Assembly (NCBI GenBank): GCA_026129465.1
Contig: JAHCIA010000001.1
Span: forward strand, 3,243,583 to 3,307,582
Direction: 5' to 3'
From: Flavobacteriales bacterium
GTDB taxonomy: Bacteria; Bacteroidota; Bacteroidia; Flavobacteriales_F; PHOS-HE28
DNA length: 64,000 nt
The position numbers and the translations under genes are program-made. Below, in pieces: positions 24,030 through 33,208 of the stretch. The notes below the pieces were generated by a model. That model was not told the DNA's origin, did not search any database, and was given only the letters and a program-made list of their open reading frames with translations. Every line of letters starts with the position of its first letter. Position 1 is the stretch's first letter.

Positions 24030-24857
24030 ATGGCGAAGAGCGACGTGAAGGCCCCGGCCAAAAAGGCCAAGGCCCCGGAGACCAATGGCAAAGTATCCGG
24101 GACCATCCCGAAGGCCGATACCACCATCGCGGAGAAGCTTGTGGAACTGTATCGCCTGCAACATTTCGATTCGCAGGTGGACAAGATCCGGATCCAGCGT
24201 GGCGAGCTGCCGCTGGAGGTGCAGGACCTCGAGGATGAGGTGGCCGGCCTGGAAACCCGATTGAAGAAGCTGGAGGAGGACCTTGCCGAGGTGCAGAACC
24301 AGGTGAGCGACCGGCAGAACATGATCAAGGACGCCAAGGCCCAGATCAAGAAGTACGAGGCCCAGCAGTCCAAGGTGCGCAACAACAGGGAGTTCGATTC
24401 CCTGACCAAGGAGATCGAGTTCCAGAACCTGGAGATCCAGTTGGCGGAGAAACGCATCAAGGAGGCCAAGGCCACCTTGGAGACCAAGAACCAACTGGTG
24501 GTGGAAAGCAAGTCGCTCTATGAGGAGCGCTTGAAGGACCTGCAGGTGAAGAAGAAGGAATTGGACTCGATCATCGCCGAGACCGAGAAGGAGGAGAAGG
24601 AACTCTTGAAGAAGAGCGCCACGGCTTCCAAGCACATCGAAGAGCGGCTGCTGAGCGCCTATCACCGCATTCGGAGCAACGCGCGCAACGGTCTGGGGGT
24701 GGTGCCGGTGGAACGAGGCAGTTGTGGTGGGTGCTTCAACGCCATTCCGCCACAGCGCCAGCTGGACATCAGCAGCCACAAGAAGATCATCGTTTGCGAA
24801 CACTGCGGCCGCATCCTGGTGGATGAGTACGTGGTGGACCGCGTCAAGGGCGAGTGA
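24030..24857 (+). CDS. Coiled-coil protein with C-terminal C4 zinc ribbon (conserved Nif3-neighbour family)
   Basis: 275 aa. A long coiled coil followed by CGGC...CEHCGR at the C-terminus. It sits directly downstream of the Nif3 gene, as in many bacteria. Confidence 0.65.
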   Translation: MAKSDVKAPAKKAKAPETNGKVSGTIPKADTTIAEKLVELYRLQHFDSQVDKIRIQRGELPLEVQDLEDEVAGLETRLKKLEEDLAEVQNQVSDRQNMIKDAKAQIKKYEAQQSKVRNNREFDSLTKEIEFQNLEIQLAEKRIKEAKATLETKNQLVVESKSLYEERLKDLQVKKKELDSIIAETEKEEKELLKKSATASKHIEERLLSAYHRIRSNARNGLGVVPVERGSCGGCFNAIPPQRQLDISSHKKIIVCEHCGRILVDEYVVDRVKGE

Positions 24858-24878
24858 ACCCCTCGGCCATTGGGATCG

Positions 24879-24915
24879 CGAAGGCTCCTGTTCCGCAGGG
24901 GCCTTCGTCTTTTAT
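24879..24915 (+). terminator. Rho-independent terminator-like hairpin after the zinc-ribbon gene
   Basis: The imperfect stem cgaaggctcctg...caggggccttcg is followed by TCTTTTAT. It lies between convergent genes. Confidence 0.5.
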
Positions 24916-24923
24916 GTCGGTCC

Positions 24924-26420
24924 TCAAGGGCGCAGGCTCACCGTGAGGAGCGCGTGATAACCGCGCCGGGTCTCCGAGGCGGGGTCGACCGTCCAGGGGT
25001 CGTAGATGAAATGCTCCACGCCCCGCTGCGCATAGTTCAGCCCCAGATCGATGCCCAGATGGTCGCCCCGGTATCCAAGGCCACCCGCGTAGACCTTGAG
25101 CGCCTGGCCTTGGCGAGCATCAGCGTCCACGTAGGGATCCGCACTGATGGACCAGCCGAGCCGGTAGTACCAATGTCCCAACCGCCATTCGGTGCCCACC
25201 CGCAAGGCATGCGCAGGCCGGAAGACGCGCTCGATGACGCTGTTCTCGAAGGCGAAATCGTAGTCGTCCAGGATCCTGCTGCTGGCCCGCATGCGCATGC
25301 GGCGGAAGTCGGTGTATTCATAGTCCACGCTGAAGAGCGCGTGGGCGCCGGCCACATAGGCAGCGCTGAGGATGCCGCGCCAGGGGGTGTTCACGCGGTA
25401 GCTGAAGAGGCCGTCGGGTGAACTCGCGAAGTACTCGAAGGCCCCATTGGCGTCCGGCGTGCGGAACCGGGTGCGCATGCTCGTGTTGTACCCGTCATTC
25501 AACTGCATCCACTGGGGGCTGTGCCAGGCGAGGCCCATGCGGAAGCGTTCGGTGATACGGCCGATGATGCCCAGCTTCACATCGAAGCCGCTGCCAGTGA
25601 TCGTCAGATCCTCCCGGTATCTCACCTCTGCCAGGTCCAGGCTCCCATCGCGCGTGGTCTCCGTGTGCGTGGTGGTGCGTTGGAACCGGTGGCCGGCGAT
25701 ACCCACACTGACGCCCACATAGAGCGCGTCCAGGTAGTTGCCGGAATAGAAGAAGGAAGTGGTGTTGCTGCGACCACGCGATTCGATCGTGTGGATCTGG
25801 TCCGTGGGCGAACCGAAGGGGATTAGACTGACGTAACTGGTTCCAGCGGAGTCCAACGGGTCTATGGCGTAGGTGTCCCAAGCCAGGCCGGCGGTGAAGG
25901 GAAAGAAGGTGAACAGGTCGCTGTCCTGCGTGCCTTCCGCTTCATACACGAAGCCCTGCAGAATGGTGCTTGGCACGTCCCTGCCTTCCACCAACCGGCG
26001 CCAGTTGTGGGTCGCTTGCCTGTCATAGACCACGCCGAAGGTGCCGCTTCGCCAGTCACTGTCGCGGTCCGAAGGGTTGTTCAGGACCAGGGCGACATTG
26101 CCGAGGTTGAACCGGCTTTCCGTGTCGGCCGCGCGGGTGCCATAGAAGTCATTGGCGGCGTCGTTCACCTCCATGGCCGGGGTGATGCTCAGCTCACTGG
26201 TACGATAGAGTCCGAAGCCTGCGGGGTTGATGGAGATCGAGGCCGGATCGGCACCCAAAGCTCCGAACGCGTTGGCCATACCAGCGCTTCGGGCCGTGCC
26301 CAATGGCCGGATGCCGCTGATCCGCAGGGCATCCTCTTCATTCTGCGCCAAGGCCGGAGCGCACGGGAACGATGCCAGCAGGAACAGCCCCCATGGTATG
26401 CGCGCATCCATCCACCTCAT
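24924..26420 (-). CDS. Outer-membrane beta-barrel protein, FadL/TodX-like (hydrophobic compound transporter family)
   Basis: 498 aa. Signal peptide (LASFPCAPALAQ). The N-terminal motif ARSAGMANAFGALGADPASISINPAG resembles the FadL hatch region. The rest has beta-strand-rich composition. Confidence 0.5.
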   Translation of the reverse strand: MRWMDARIPWGLFLLASFPCAPALAQNEEDALRISGIRPLGTARSAGMANAFGALGADPASISINPAGFGLYRTSELSITPAMEVNDAANDFYGTRAADTESRFNLGNVALVLNNPSDRDSDWRSGTFGVVYDRQATHNWRRLVEGRDVPSTILQGFVYEAEGTQDSDLFTFFPFTAGLAWDTYAIDPLDSAGTSYVSLIPFGSPTDQIHTIESRGRSNTTSFFYSGNYLDALYVGVSVGIAGHRFQRTTTHTETTRDGSLDLAEVRYREDLTITGSGFDVKLGIIGRITERFRMGLAWHSPQWMQLNDGYNTSMRTRFRTPDANGAFEYFASSPDGLFSYRVNTPWRGILSAAYVAGAHALFSVDYEYTDFRRMRMRASSRILDDYDFAFENSVIERVFRPAHALRVGTEWRLGHWYYRLGWSISADPYVDADARQGQALKVYAGGLGYRGDHLGIDLGLNYAQRGVEHFIYDPWTVDPASETRRGYHALLTVSLRP

Positions 26421-26438
26421 GCTGATGCTGGCCAGTGA

Positions 26439-27485
26439 TCAACGGGGCCTGCCACCGCCACCGCCACCTGGGCGGCTTCCTCCACCTGCTGGAGCTGGGG
26501 AGGAGAAACCGCCACCACCGCGGTCGAAGCCACCACCACTGTTGCGCTCCCCACCACCACGAAGTTGGAAGCCACCCTGGTCGGGCGAGGGTCGGGATTC
26601 GCGCATTTGACGTGTGCGCGACGGCGGTTCATTGGATGGTCGCTGCTGGGGCAGGATCAAGGGACGGTCGCCGCGATCTTGGAAGCCACCCTGCACGGGT
26701 GCGGTGCGTGGTGGGCGTGAACTGCTCGGCGTGTAGGCCGACTCCCGCACCTGCGGCCTCAGGCTCACCGGGTCGCGGGTTGGCATTCCGGTCTTTGGCC
26801 CGCTGGATCCCGGGCGGCCGCCGCCCCCGCCACTGATGCTGGGACGATGGCCCACCACCGTGCCGCTGGATCCGCCGATGATGACCGGGGAGTAGCAACT
26901 GAAGCAATTGCCCATGGGTCCCCAGTAAGGTCCGTAACCATATCCGCCATAGAAGGGGTCATGCCAACCCATGGGGCCGCCCCATCCATAGGGGTTGCCC
27001 CATCCCCAATTGTTGAAGCCGGCTGGACCCCAAGGGCTGCCCCAGCCGTAGCCCATGCCCATCCACGGGTTGTTCCAACCCATGCCGCTGCCCCAACCGT
27101 AGCCCATGTTCCAGTGGGGCGACATGCCCCAGCCATGGCCCATGCCCATGCCCATGCCCCAACCCGGGCCGTTCCATCCGCTCTGCCAGCCCATGCCGGT
27201 GCCGAATCCGAAACGCCCGTAGTTGTAGTAGTACGGGTCGTTGTAGGCCATGTCATAGTAGTTGCGCGGCGAATTGTACTTGTTCGCTGTCGCGGCGTCA
27301 TAGTAATCGTCCGTGGCGCTGCCCGAAGGTTCGGTGCCGGCCTTCTTGGATGCTTTCGCAGGCGCCTGGGAGGGCATGAAGTACACATCGTCGCGCACCT
27401 GCGCCGTATCACGCATTCCGGCACAGGAGGTCAACAGCACGGCGGCGATCGCCGTGGAAATCAGGATGCTCTTGTTGGTGCTCAT
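26439..27485 (-). CDS. Low-complexity lipoprotein (Tyr-rich, GW/GM-rich and Gly/Arg/Pro/Ser-rich segments)
   Basis: 348-aa ORF. Lipoprotein signal MSTNKSILISTAIAAVLLTSC. Residues ~60-200 carry degenerate YGWG/GMGW/NPWMG repeats (possibly of the YXWGXW type); the C-terminal ~150 aa are RGG/GGF-rich. The DNA shows matching short periodic repeats. Confidence 0.55.
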   Translation of the reverse strand: MSTNKSILISTAIAAVLLTSCAGMRDTAQVRDDVYFMPSQAPAKASKKAGTEPSGSATDDYYDAATANKYNSPRNYYDMAYNDPYYYNYGRFGFGTGMGWQSGWNGPGWGMGMGMGHGWGMSPHWNMGYGWGSGMGWNNPWMGMGYGWGSPWGPAGFNNWGWGNPYGWGGPMGWHDPFYGGYGYGPYWGPMGNCFSCYSPVIIGGSSGTVVGHRPSISGGGGGRPGSSGPKTGMPTRDPVSLRPQVRESAYTPSSSRPPRTAPVQGGFQDRGDRPLILPQQRPSNEPPSRTRQMRESRPSPDQGGFQLRGGGERNSGGGFDRGGGGFSSPAPAGGGSRPGGGGGGRPR

Positions 27486-27536
27486 GTCCTTCCGGTTTGT
27501 CCCCGGCCATCGCCCTTCGGCCCTGACCGGGATGTG

Positions 27537-27544
27537 TACTTTTG
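27537..27544 (+). promoter_or_regulatory. Bacteroidota-type -7 element (TActTTTG) upstream of proS
   Basis: TACTTTTG lies about 43 nt upstream of the proS ATG. A second TAnnTTTG-like motif (TATTTTTG) is on the minus strand at about 27562..27569, facing the divergent lipoprotein gene. Confidence 0.3.
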
Positions 27545-27586
27545 GCCGCCCCGTACAGGAACAAAAATAATACCACGGGGAACGGC

Positions 27587-29056
27587 ATGGCAGACCAGCT
27601 CACCAAGCGTTCCGAGGATCTCGCACAGTGGTACAACGATCTGGTGCTGAAGGCCGATCTGGCCGAGCACAGCGATGTACGCGGATGCATGGTGATCAAA
27701 CCGCATGGCTATGCCATCTGGGAGAAGATGCATGCGGCCTTGGATGCCCGCTTCAAGGAAACGGGCCACATGAACGCCTATTTCCCCCTCTTCATCCCCA
27801 AGAGCTACCTGGCCAGGGAGGCCAGCCATGTGGAAGGCTTCGCCAAGGAATGCGCCGTTGTGACCCACTATCGTTTGAAGAGCGACCCGGAGAAAGGGGT
27901 GGTGGTGGACCCGGAGGCGAAATTGGAGGAGGAACTCATCGTTCGCCCCACGAGTGAGACCATCATCTGGAACACCTACCGGGGCTGGATCAAGAGCTAC
28001 CGCGACCTGCCCATCCTGGTGAACCAGTGGGCCAACGTGGTGCGCTGGGAGATGCGCACGCGACTGTTCCTGCGCACGGCCGAGTTCCTCTGGCAGGAAG
28101 GGCACACGGCACATGCCACGCGGCAGGAAGCGGAAGAGGAAACGCTGCGCATGCTGGATGTTTACGCCCGCTTCGCGGAGGAATGGCTCGCCATGCCCGT
28201 GATCAAGGGTGTGAAGACCGCCAGTGAACGCTTCGCCGGCGCGGTGGAGACCTATTGCATCGAGGCCATGATGCAGGATGGCAAGGCGTTGCAGGCGGGC
28301 ACCTCGCATTTCCTTGGACAGAACTTCGCCAAGGCCTTCGATGTGGTCTTCACCAACAAGGAGAACCGGCAGGAGCATGTCTGGGCCACCAGCTGGGGCG
28401 TCTCCACGCGTTTGATCGGCGCTTTGATCCTCACCCATAGCGACGACCACGGTCTGGTGCTGCCACCGAAACTGGCGCCGGTGCAGGTGGCCATCGTGCC
28501 CATCGCCAAGAACGCCGAACAGCTTGACGCCATACGTGGCTATGTGGCCCCGGTGTTGGGCGCTTTGCGGGCCAGGGGCGTCACGGTGAAGTTCGATGAC
28601 GATGACACCAAGAAGCCGGGCTGGAAATTCGCCGAGTACGAGTTCAAGGGCTATCCGCTCCGCATCGCGGTCGGACCCCGGGACTTGGAGCAGGGCACCG
28701 TGGAACTGGCTCGGCGCGACACGATGGAGAAGATTTCCATCCATATGACGGACCTCGCCGACAAGGTGGAACACCTGCTCGAAGCCATCCAGGACAATCT
28801 GTACCAGAAAGCCCTGGCCATGCGCGACCGCAAGACCCGGGCTGTGGACAGTTATGCGGAGTTCAAGCAGGCCATCGAGGAAGGTGGCTTCATACTGGCC
28901 CATTGGGACGGCACGGCGGAGACCGAGGCCAGGATCAAGGAAGAGACCAAGGCCACCATCCGGTGCATCCCCTTGGATGGTGACGCCTCGCCGGGCAAGT
29001 GCATGGTCACCGGTGCACCGAGTGCCGGGCGGGTCATCTTCGCAAGGGCCTATTGA
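27587..29056 (+). CDS. proS: Proline--tRNA ligase, archaeal/eukaryotic-type class II (no INS editing domain)
   Basis: Start at M16 of ORF 27542..29056 ([20 protein letters not shown]). Class II aminoacyl-tRNA synthetase motifs are present. A length of about 490 aa is typical of Bacteroidota ProRS. Confidence 0.9.
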   Translation: MADQLTKRSEDLAQWYNDLVLKADLAEHSDVRGCMVIKPHGYAIWEKMHAALDARFKETGHMNAYFPLFIPKSYLAREASHVEGFAKECAVVTHYRLKSDPEKGVVVDPEAKLEEELIVRPTSETIIWNTYRGWIKSYRDLPILVNQWANVVRWEMRTRLFLRTAEFLWQEGHTAHATRQEAEEETLRMLDVYARFAEEWLAMPVIKGVKTASERFAGAVETYCIEAMMQDGKALQAGTSHFLGQNFAKAFDVVFTNKENRQEHVWATSWGVSTRLIGALILTHSDDHGLVLPPKLAPVQVAIVPIAKNAEQLDAIRGYVAPVLGALRARGVTVKFDDDDTKKPGWKFAEYEFKGYPLRIAVGPRDLEQGTVELARRDTMEKISIHMTDLADKVEHLLEAIQDNLYQKALAMRDRKTRAVDSYAEFKQAIEEGGFILAHWDGTAETEARIKEETKATIRCIPLDGDASPGKCMVTGAPSAGRVIFARAY

Positions 29057-29058
29057 GC

Positions 29059-29757
29059 ATGACGCAGGAGGGTGGCATATCGCGGATGGAGAAAGTGGTG
29101 GACACCCTGCGGTCCAAAGGCTGCATGAAGCAGGACGTCTATGGCCAGGTCCAGGACCTCTTCGCCCGGCTGAAGACACAACTGAAAACGATCAATGATC
29201 AGCTGCGCGAAGCCTGCGCGGCCGACGACCGCCTGGTGGTCTCCTTCATCGACCACGGCGAGACGTCGTGCGAGCTGCGCGTGGCCGGGGACGTCATCAT
29301 CTTCAGTATGCATACCAACGTGTTCAAGCTGGAGCAGGGCCATGCCTTGTGGAAAAGCGGCTATCTGGAGGAGGATGGCATGCGTGGTTACTTCGGGCTG
29401 ATCAACATGTACAACTTCCTCAGCGACTCGCTCCGCTTCAACCGCGAACGCGATCTCGGCTACCTGGTGGCGCGCCTGTTCATCAACAAGGAAGGCCACT
29501 TTCTGGTGCAGGGCAAGCGGCAGCTCGGCTTCCTCTTCAGCGATCTGCAGAGCAACGAGATGGACGACGCACGTCTGCGCGAAGTGCTGCTCACGGTGGT
29601 CGACCACGTGATCGAGTTCGATCTGCTGGTGCCCCCATATGACCAAGTGGACCAGATCACCGTGACCGACATCAAGGAACTGTACGCCAACCGGCCCTTG
29701 AGCACGGGCAAGCGCCTGGGCTTCCGGTTCCAGGCCGACACGGACGACCTGACGTGA
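29059..29757 (+). CDS. Hypothetical protein
   Basis: Start at M21 of ORF 28999..29757; the ATG lies 3 nt past the proS stop. No family recognised. Confidence 0.5.
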   Translation: MTQEGGISRMEKVVDTLRSKGCMKQDVYGQVQDLFARLKTQLKTINDQLREACAADDRLVVSFIDHGETSCELRVAGDVIIFSMHTNVFKLEQGHALWKSGYLEEDGMRGYFGLINMYNFLSDSLRFNRERDLGYLVARLFINKEGHFLVQGKRQLGFLFSDLQSNEMDDARLREVLLTVVDHVIEFDLLVPPYDQVDQITVTDIKELYANRPLSTGKRLGFRFQADTDDLT

Positions 29758-29761
29758 CCGC

Positions 29762-29784
29762 CTTTGGCAGGGTACACGCCAAAG
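29762..29784 (+). terminator. Hairpin (ctttggc...gccaaag) after the hypothetical gene
   Basis: 7-bp stem with a 9-nt loop, followed by CTTTACATTTG. Confidence 0.35.
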
Positions 29785-29787
29785 CTT

Positions 29788-29795
29788 TACATTTG
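29788..29795 (+). promoter_or_regulatory. -7 element TAcaTTTG with a -33 TTG about 21 nt upstream, preceding tRNA-Glu
   Basis: Matches the Bacteroidetes consensus TTG-N(17-23)-TAnnTTTG. It lies about 40 nt upstream of the tRNA 5' end. Confidence 0.3.
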
Positions 29796-29834
29796 CCGAC
29801 CCTTGGCCGAAAAGCCTCGGGACTTTGACAGGAT

Positions 29835-29909
29835 GGCCCGTTCGTCTAGGGGTTAGGACGCGTCCCTTTCACGGATGAAACAGGGGTTCGATTCCCCTAC
29901 GGGCTACCA
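29835..29909 (+). tRNA. tRNA-Glu (anticodon UUC), CCA encoded
   Basis: Manually folded cloverleaf. Acceptor ggcccgt/acgggct (7 bp, one G-U). D-stem gtct/ggac. Anticodon stem cgtcc/ggatg with loop cTTTCac, anticodon TTC. T-stem agggg/cccct with loop TTCGATT. Discriminator A followed by CCA. Confidence 0.8.
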
Positions 29910-29917
29910 ACCATGAC

Positions 29918-29939
29918 GGCCCCCCGGCACCGGGGGGCC
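29918..29939 (+). terminator. GC hairpin immediately after tRNA-Glu
   Basis: ggcccccc-ggcacc-ggggggcc: a perfect 8-bp GC stem beginning about 9 nt past the tRNA 3' end. Confidence 0.4.
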
Positions 29940-30071
29940 GTTCCATTCATGGCCCCTTGTGGATGACACGGAACCGGCCCATGGAGGCCGCATGACATGC
30001 CGACTATCTTTACGGCCCACGGGTTCGACAGACCAATACCCTCACAGGGGCCGGCCAAGCGCAACAACCAC

Positions 30072-30851
30072 ATGCTGAACTACCGCTTCCTGCTCCAGGG
30101 ACTGATGATGACGGTCCTGCTGGTATCCTGTGTCGGCAAGCGCAACATCAACTACCTCCAGGACCCTTCGCTCACGGCCGGCGCCAGCAAGTTGTTCGAG
30201 AACCGGCGCTTCGAGTACCGGATACAGGTGAACGATGTGCTTTCCATCCGGGTGATGGGCCTGGACGAGGCCACGCACCGTTTCTTCAATGTGGAGGCGC
30301 AGAACGGCTTCGTCGGTGTGAACGATGCCGCCCTGTATGTGAATGGCTTCAGTGTGGACCGCAATGGGCACGTGCAATTGCCCACCGTGGGCAAGATCAA
30401 GGTGCAGGGACTCACCGTGGGTGAGGCGCAGGAGACGGTCCAGCGGAAGATCAACGAGTATTTCACCAACGCCACCGTCATCCTGAAACTGGTGAGCTTC
30501 CGTGTGAGCGTGCTGGGTGATGTGTCCCGACCCGGCGCCTACTTCGTGTACAACAACCAGATCACCGTGCTGGAGGCCCTGGCCATGGCCGGCGGCCCCA
30601 ATGAATTCGCGGACAAGACGCACGTGACCATCATGCGCCAGACGGATCGAGGCGTGCAGGCCATCTATCTGGATCTTTCCAGCACCGACGTACTTGCCTC
30701 TGAATACTACTACCTGTTACCGAACGATGTGGTCTACGTGCCCGCGCTGAAAGCGCGAGCTGGCCGCTTGAACCTCGATATATTCCTGATCCTGCTCTCG
30801 ACCTTGAGCACGGCGGCGATCGTCTATTCCATCATCCAGAACACGCAGTGA
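30072..30851 (+). CDS. wza: Polysaccharide export outer-membrane lipoprotein (Wza-like, SLBB domain)
   Basis: Start at M26 of ORF 29997..30851 (MLNYRFLLQGLMMTVLLVSC lipobox). Polysaccharide-export and SLBB motifs (PGAYFV, ITVLEALAMAGG). Confidence 0.75.
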   Translation: MLNYRFLLQGLMMTVLLVSCVGKRNINYLQDPSLTAGASKLFENRRFEYRIQVNDVLSIRVMGLDEATHRFFNVEAQNGFVGVNDAALYVNGFSVDRNGHVQLPTVGKIKVQGLTVGEAQETVQRKINEYFTNATVILKLVSFRVSVLGDVSRPGAYFVYNNQITVLEALAMAGGPNEFADKTHVTIMRQTDRGVQAIYLDLSSTDVLASEYYYLLPNDVVYVPALKARAGRLNLDIFLILLSTLSTAAIVYSIIQNTQ

Positions 30852-33196
30852 TGGGCGAAAGCACCACCTCGGAGTTCATCGATCTGCGGGCCATCGTCCT
30901 CAAGTTGCTGCGGATGTGGTGGCTGTTCATGATCACCTGCGGACTGGCGGTGGCCGCGGGTTGGGCCTACCTGAAGACCACGCCGAAGATCTACCAGGTG
31001 CAGGCCACCATCCTCATGAGTGAGAAGGGCCGAAACAGGCTGGGCGCCGACCAGGAGTTCATCAAGGGCCTTTCCGCATTGGGCGGGCAGTCGGACATCG
31101 AGGACCAGATCGCCGTTCTCACCTCGGTCACCACCATCACCAAGACGCTCAAACGCCTGGATTTCGGGATCACCTATTATGAGCGGCGCAATTTCCTCAC
31201 CCAGCAGAAGTACGACTACCCGCCCTATTATGTGACGTTGGACACGGTGGCGGTGCAGGTGTATGGCGTTCCGGTGCATGTGTCGGTGGACCGCGAGGCG
31301 GGCACCTACCATGTGCGCGCCAAGGCCAAGTACGCTCCGCTCTACAATGTGCAGAAGCAGAACGAGCTGGACGAGTTCCTCACGGAGTATGAAGTGGACC
31401 AGGAGGCACGGATCGGCGAACCTTTCGTGGCCGAGGGCCTGAGCTTCAGCATCGAGTTCCCCGAGGACAGACAGTATCGCTCGGACACTGAATACTTCTT
31501 CACCATCAACAGCCTGGATGGACTGGTCGCGGAGTACCGCGCCCGCACCATGGCCGGTCCCCAGAGCGACGAGAGTAGCATCGTGCATGTGAGCACGGTG
31601 GGCGAGGTGGTCTCCAAGGAGAAGCTCTACATAGACAAACTTCTGGAGACCTACATCGAAGGCGAACTCTACCGCAGGCAGCAGAAGGGACTCAAAACGA
31701 TCAACTTCATCGAGGGGCAGATCGATATCGTGAGTGATTCCTTGCGCAAGGTGGAGACCACCATGGAGGGTTTCCGCGGTGTAAGTGGTGGCATGATGAG
31801 CGCGGCCACCACGAGTGACGCGCTGTTCCAAGAGCGGAGCCGATTGGACCGTGAACGGTCCACCTTGGTGGCACGCCGCCAGTACTGCATGTCCATCCTG
31901 GACAAGGTGCGCAACCAGAGCGACCTGCGCAATGTGCCGGCGCCCTCCTCCTCCGGCATCGATGATCCCGTGCTTAACAACCTGGTGCTGGAGATCACCC
32001 GCCTCTCGGCCGATCTGGCCGCCATGAACGTGAGCACGGGGCCGAGGAACAACCCGGCGGTGATCGCCATGGAACGCCGGCTGAAGAACCTCACCTCCTC
32101 CCTGGCCCAGACCGCCGAAAGCCTGGTGGAGCAGGTGAACATCTCACTCGGTCAAGTGGACCGGAGCCTCGCCCGGATCAACTTCGAATTCAATCAGTTG
32201 CCTGAGAATGAACGCAAGCTGGGCAACATCTCCAGGAAGTTCCAGCTGAGCGAGAGTCTTTACAACTATCTGATGGAGAAGCGCGCCGAGGCCGGCATCG
32301 CCATCGCTTCGGACGATGTGGACAAGTGGGTGGTGGACCGTGCGCGCAACCTGACCGGCAAGCCGGTCAAGCCATCACGCAAGACGGTACTCGGTGGGGC
32401 GTTGCTCATCGGCCTCCTGCTGCCGGTGGCCTTCATCCTGCTGCGCGACCTGTTCAACGACAGCATCACGGACATCGACCAGCTCAAGCGCATTTCACCG
32501 ATACCCATACTGACCACCATCCCAACGGGAAAACGCAAGCGGATCACCATGGACGAGCCCAAGTCCATGCTGGCCGAAGCCTTCCGCACCGCGCGCATCA
32601 ACATGCAATACCTCAATCCGCATGGCCAGCGGCAGGTGGTGGGCTTCACGAGCTCCTCCAGCGGCGAAGGCAAGACGTTCTGTGCGGTCAACCTCGCATC
32701 GGTGATGGCCATCAGCGGCAAACGTGTGTTGCTGCTGGATGCCGACATGCGGAGGCCACGGGTGGCCGAGGCGCTCGAAGTGCCCGCCGGCAAGGGCCTG
32801 TCCACCTATCTGATCGGAGAGGCCGGCCTGGATGAGCTGATCACGCCCACCGATGTGAAGGGACTGGATGTGATCACCGCCGGACCTGTACCCCCGAACC
32901 CGCTTGAACTGGCCGAGCTGCCCACCATGACCACCCTGTTCCAGGTCTTGCGCCAGCGCTACGACCAGATCATTGTGGACGCTTCGCCCATGGGGCTGGT
33001 GAGCGAGTACGTGATCATGATGCGCCACGTGGACCTCACCCTGTACGTGGTCCGGCAAGGACACACGAGCCGGAGTGCGCTTCGGCTCATCAACGAGATG
33101 TACAGGGAGAAGAAGGTGGAGCGTATCGACCTGCTGCTCAACGACGTGAAGGAAGGCCCCGGCTACGGCAAGGGCTACGGCTACTACACCAAGTAG
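30851..33196 (+). CDS. wzc: Polysaccharide co-polymerase / tyrosine autokinase (Wzc-like)
   Basis: 782 aa. Wzz-like periplasmic domain with two TM segments, a Walker A loop (SSSSGEGKT), and a C-terminal Tyr cluster (GYGKGYGYYTK). The start overlaps the wza stop; an in-frame GTG lies at 30848. Confidence 0.85.
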   Translation: MGESTTSEFIDLRAIVLKLLRMWWLFMITCGLAVAAGWAYLKTTPKIYQVQATILMSEKGRNRLGADQEFIKGLSALGGQSDIEDQIAVLTSVTTITKTLKRLDFGITYYERRNFLTQQKYDYPPYYVTLDTVAVQVYGVPVHVSVDREAGTYHVRAKAKYAPLYNVQKQNELDEFLTEYEVDQEARIGEPFVAEGLSFSIEFPEDRQYRSDTEYFFTINSLDGLVAEYRARTMAGPQSDESSIVHVSTVGEVVSKEKLYIDKLLETYIEGELYRRQQKGLKTINFIEGQIDIVSDSLRKVETTMEGFRGVSGGMMSAATTSDALFQERSRLDRERSTLVARRQYCMSILDKVRNQSDLRNVPAPSSSGIDDPVLNNLVLEITRLSADLAAMNVSTGPRNNPAVIAMERRLKNLTSSLAQTAESLVEQVNISLGQVDRSLARINFEFNQLPENERKLGNISRKFQLSESLYNYLMEKRAEAGIAIASDDVDKWVVDRARNLTGKPVKPSRKTVLGGALLIGLLLPVAFILLRDLFNDSITDIDQLKRISPIPILTTIPTGKRKRITMDEPKSMLAEAFRTARINMQYLNPHGQRQVVGFTSSSSGEGKTFCAVNLASVMAISGKRVLLLDADMRRPRVAEALEVPAGKGLSTYLIGEAGLDELITPTDVKGLDVITAGPVPPNPLELAELPTMTTLFQVLRQRYDQIIVDASPMGLVSEYVIMMRHVDLTLYVVRQGHTSRSALRLINEMYREKKVERIDLLLNDVKEGPGYGKGYGYYTK

Positions 33197-33208
33197 GTAC
33201 CCGCTGGC

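Noticed and set aside
26440-27250. Periodic GGN/CCN short repeats at the DNA level, which might suggest a CRISPR or noncoding tandem repeat.
   Set aside because: The periodicity is 3-nt-phased and sits entirely inside a long ORF encoding Gly/Trp-rich repeats. It has no spacer-repeat architecture.
29835-30071. tRNA-Glu as an integration site for a genomic island carrying the polysaccharide locus.
   Set aside because: The downstream 20 kb has host-like GC and codon usage and contains core genes (rpsT, radC). There is no integrase and no direct repeat of the tRNA 3' end.
29997-30071. Longer wza start at 29997.
   Set aside because: The lipoprotein signal peptide and lipobox follow the internal ATG at 30072. 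The upstream 25 codons are hydrophilic and overlap the hairpin and promoter region.
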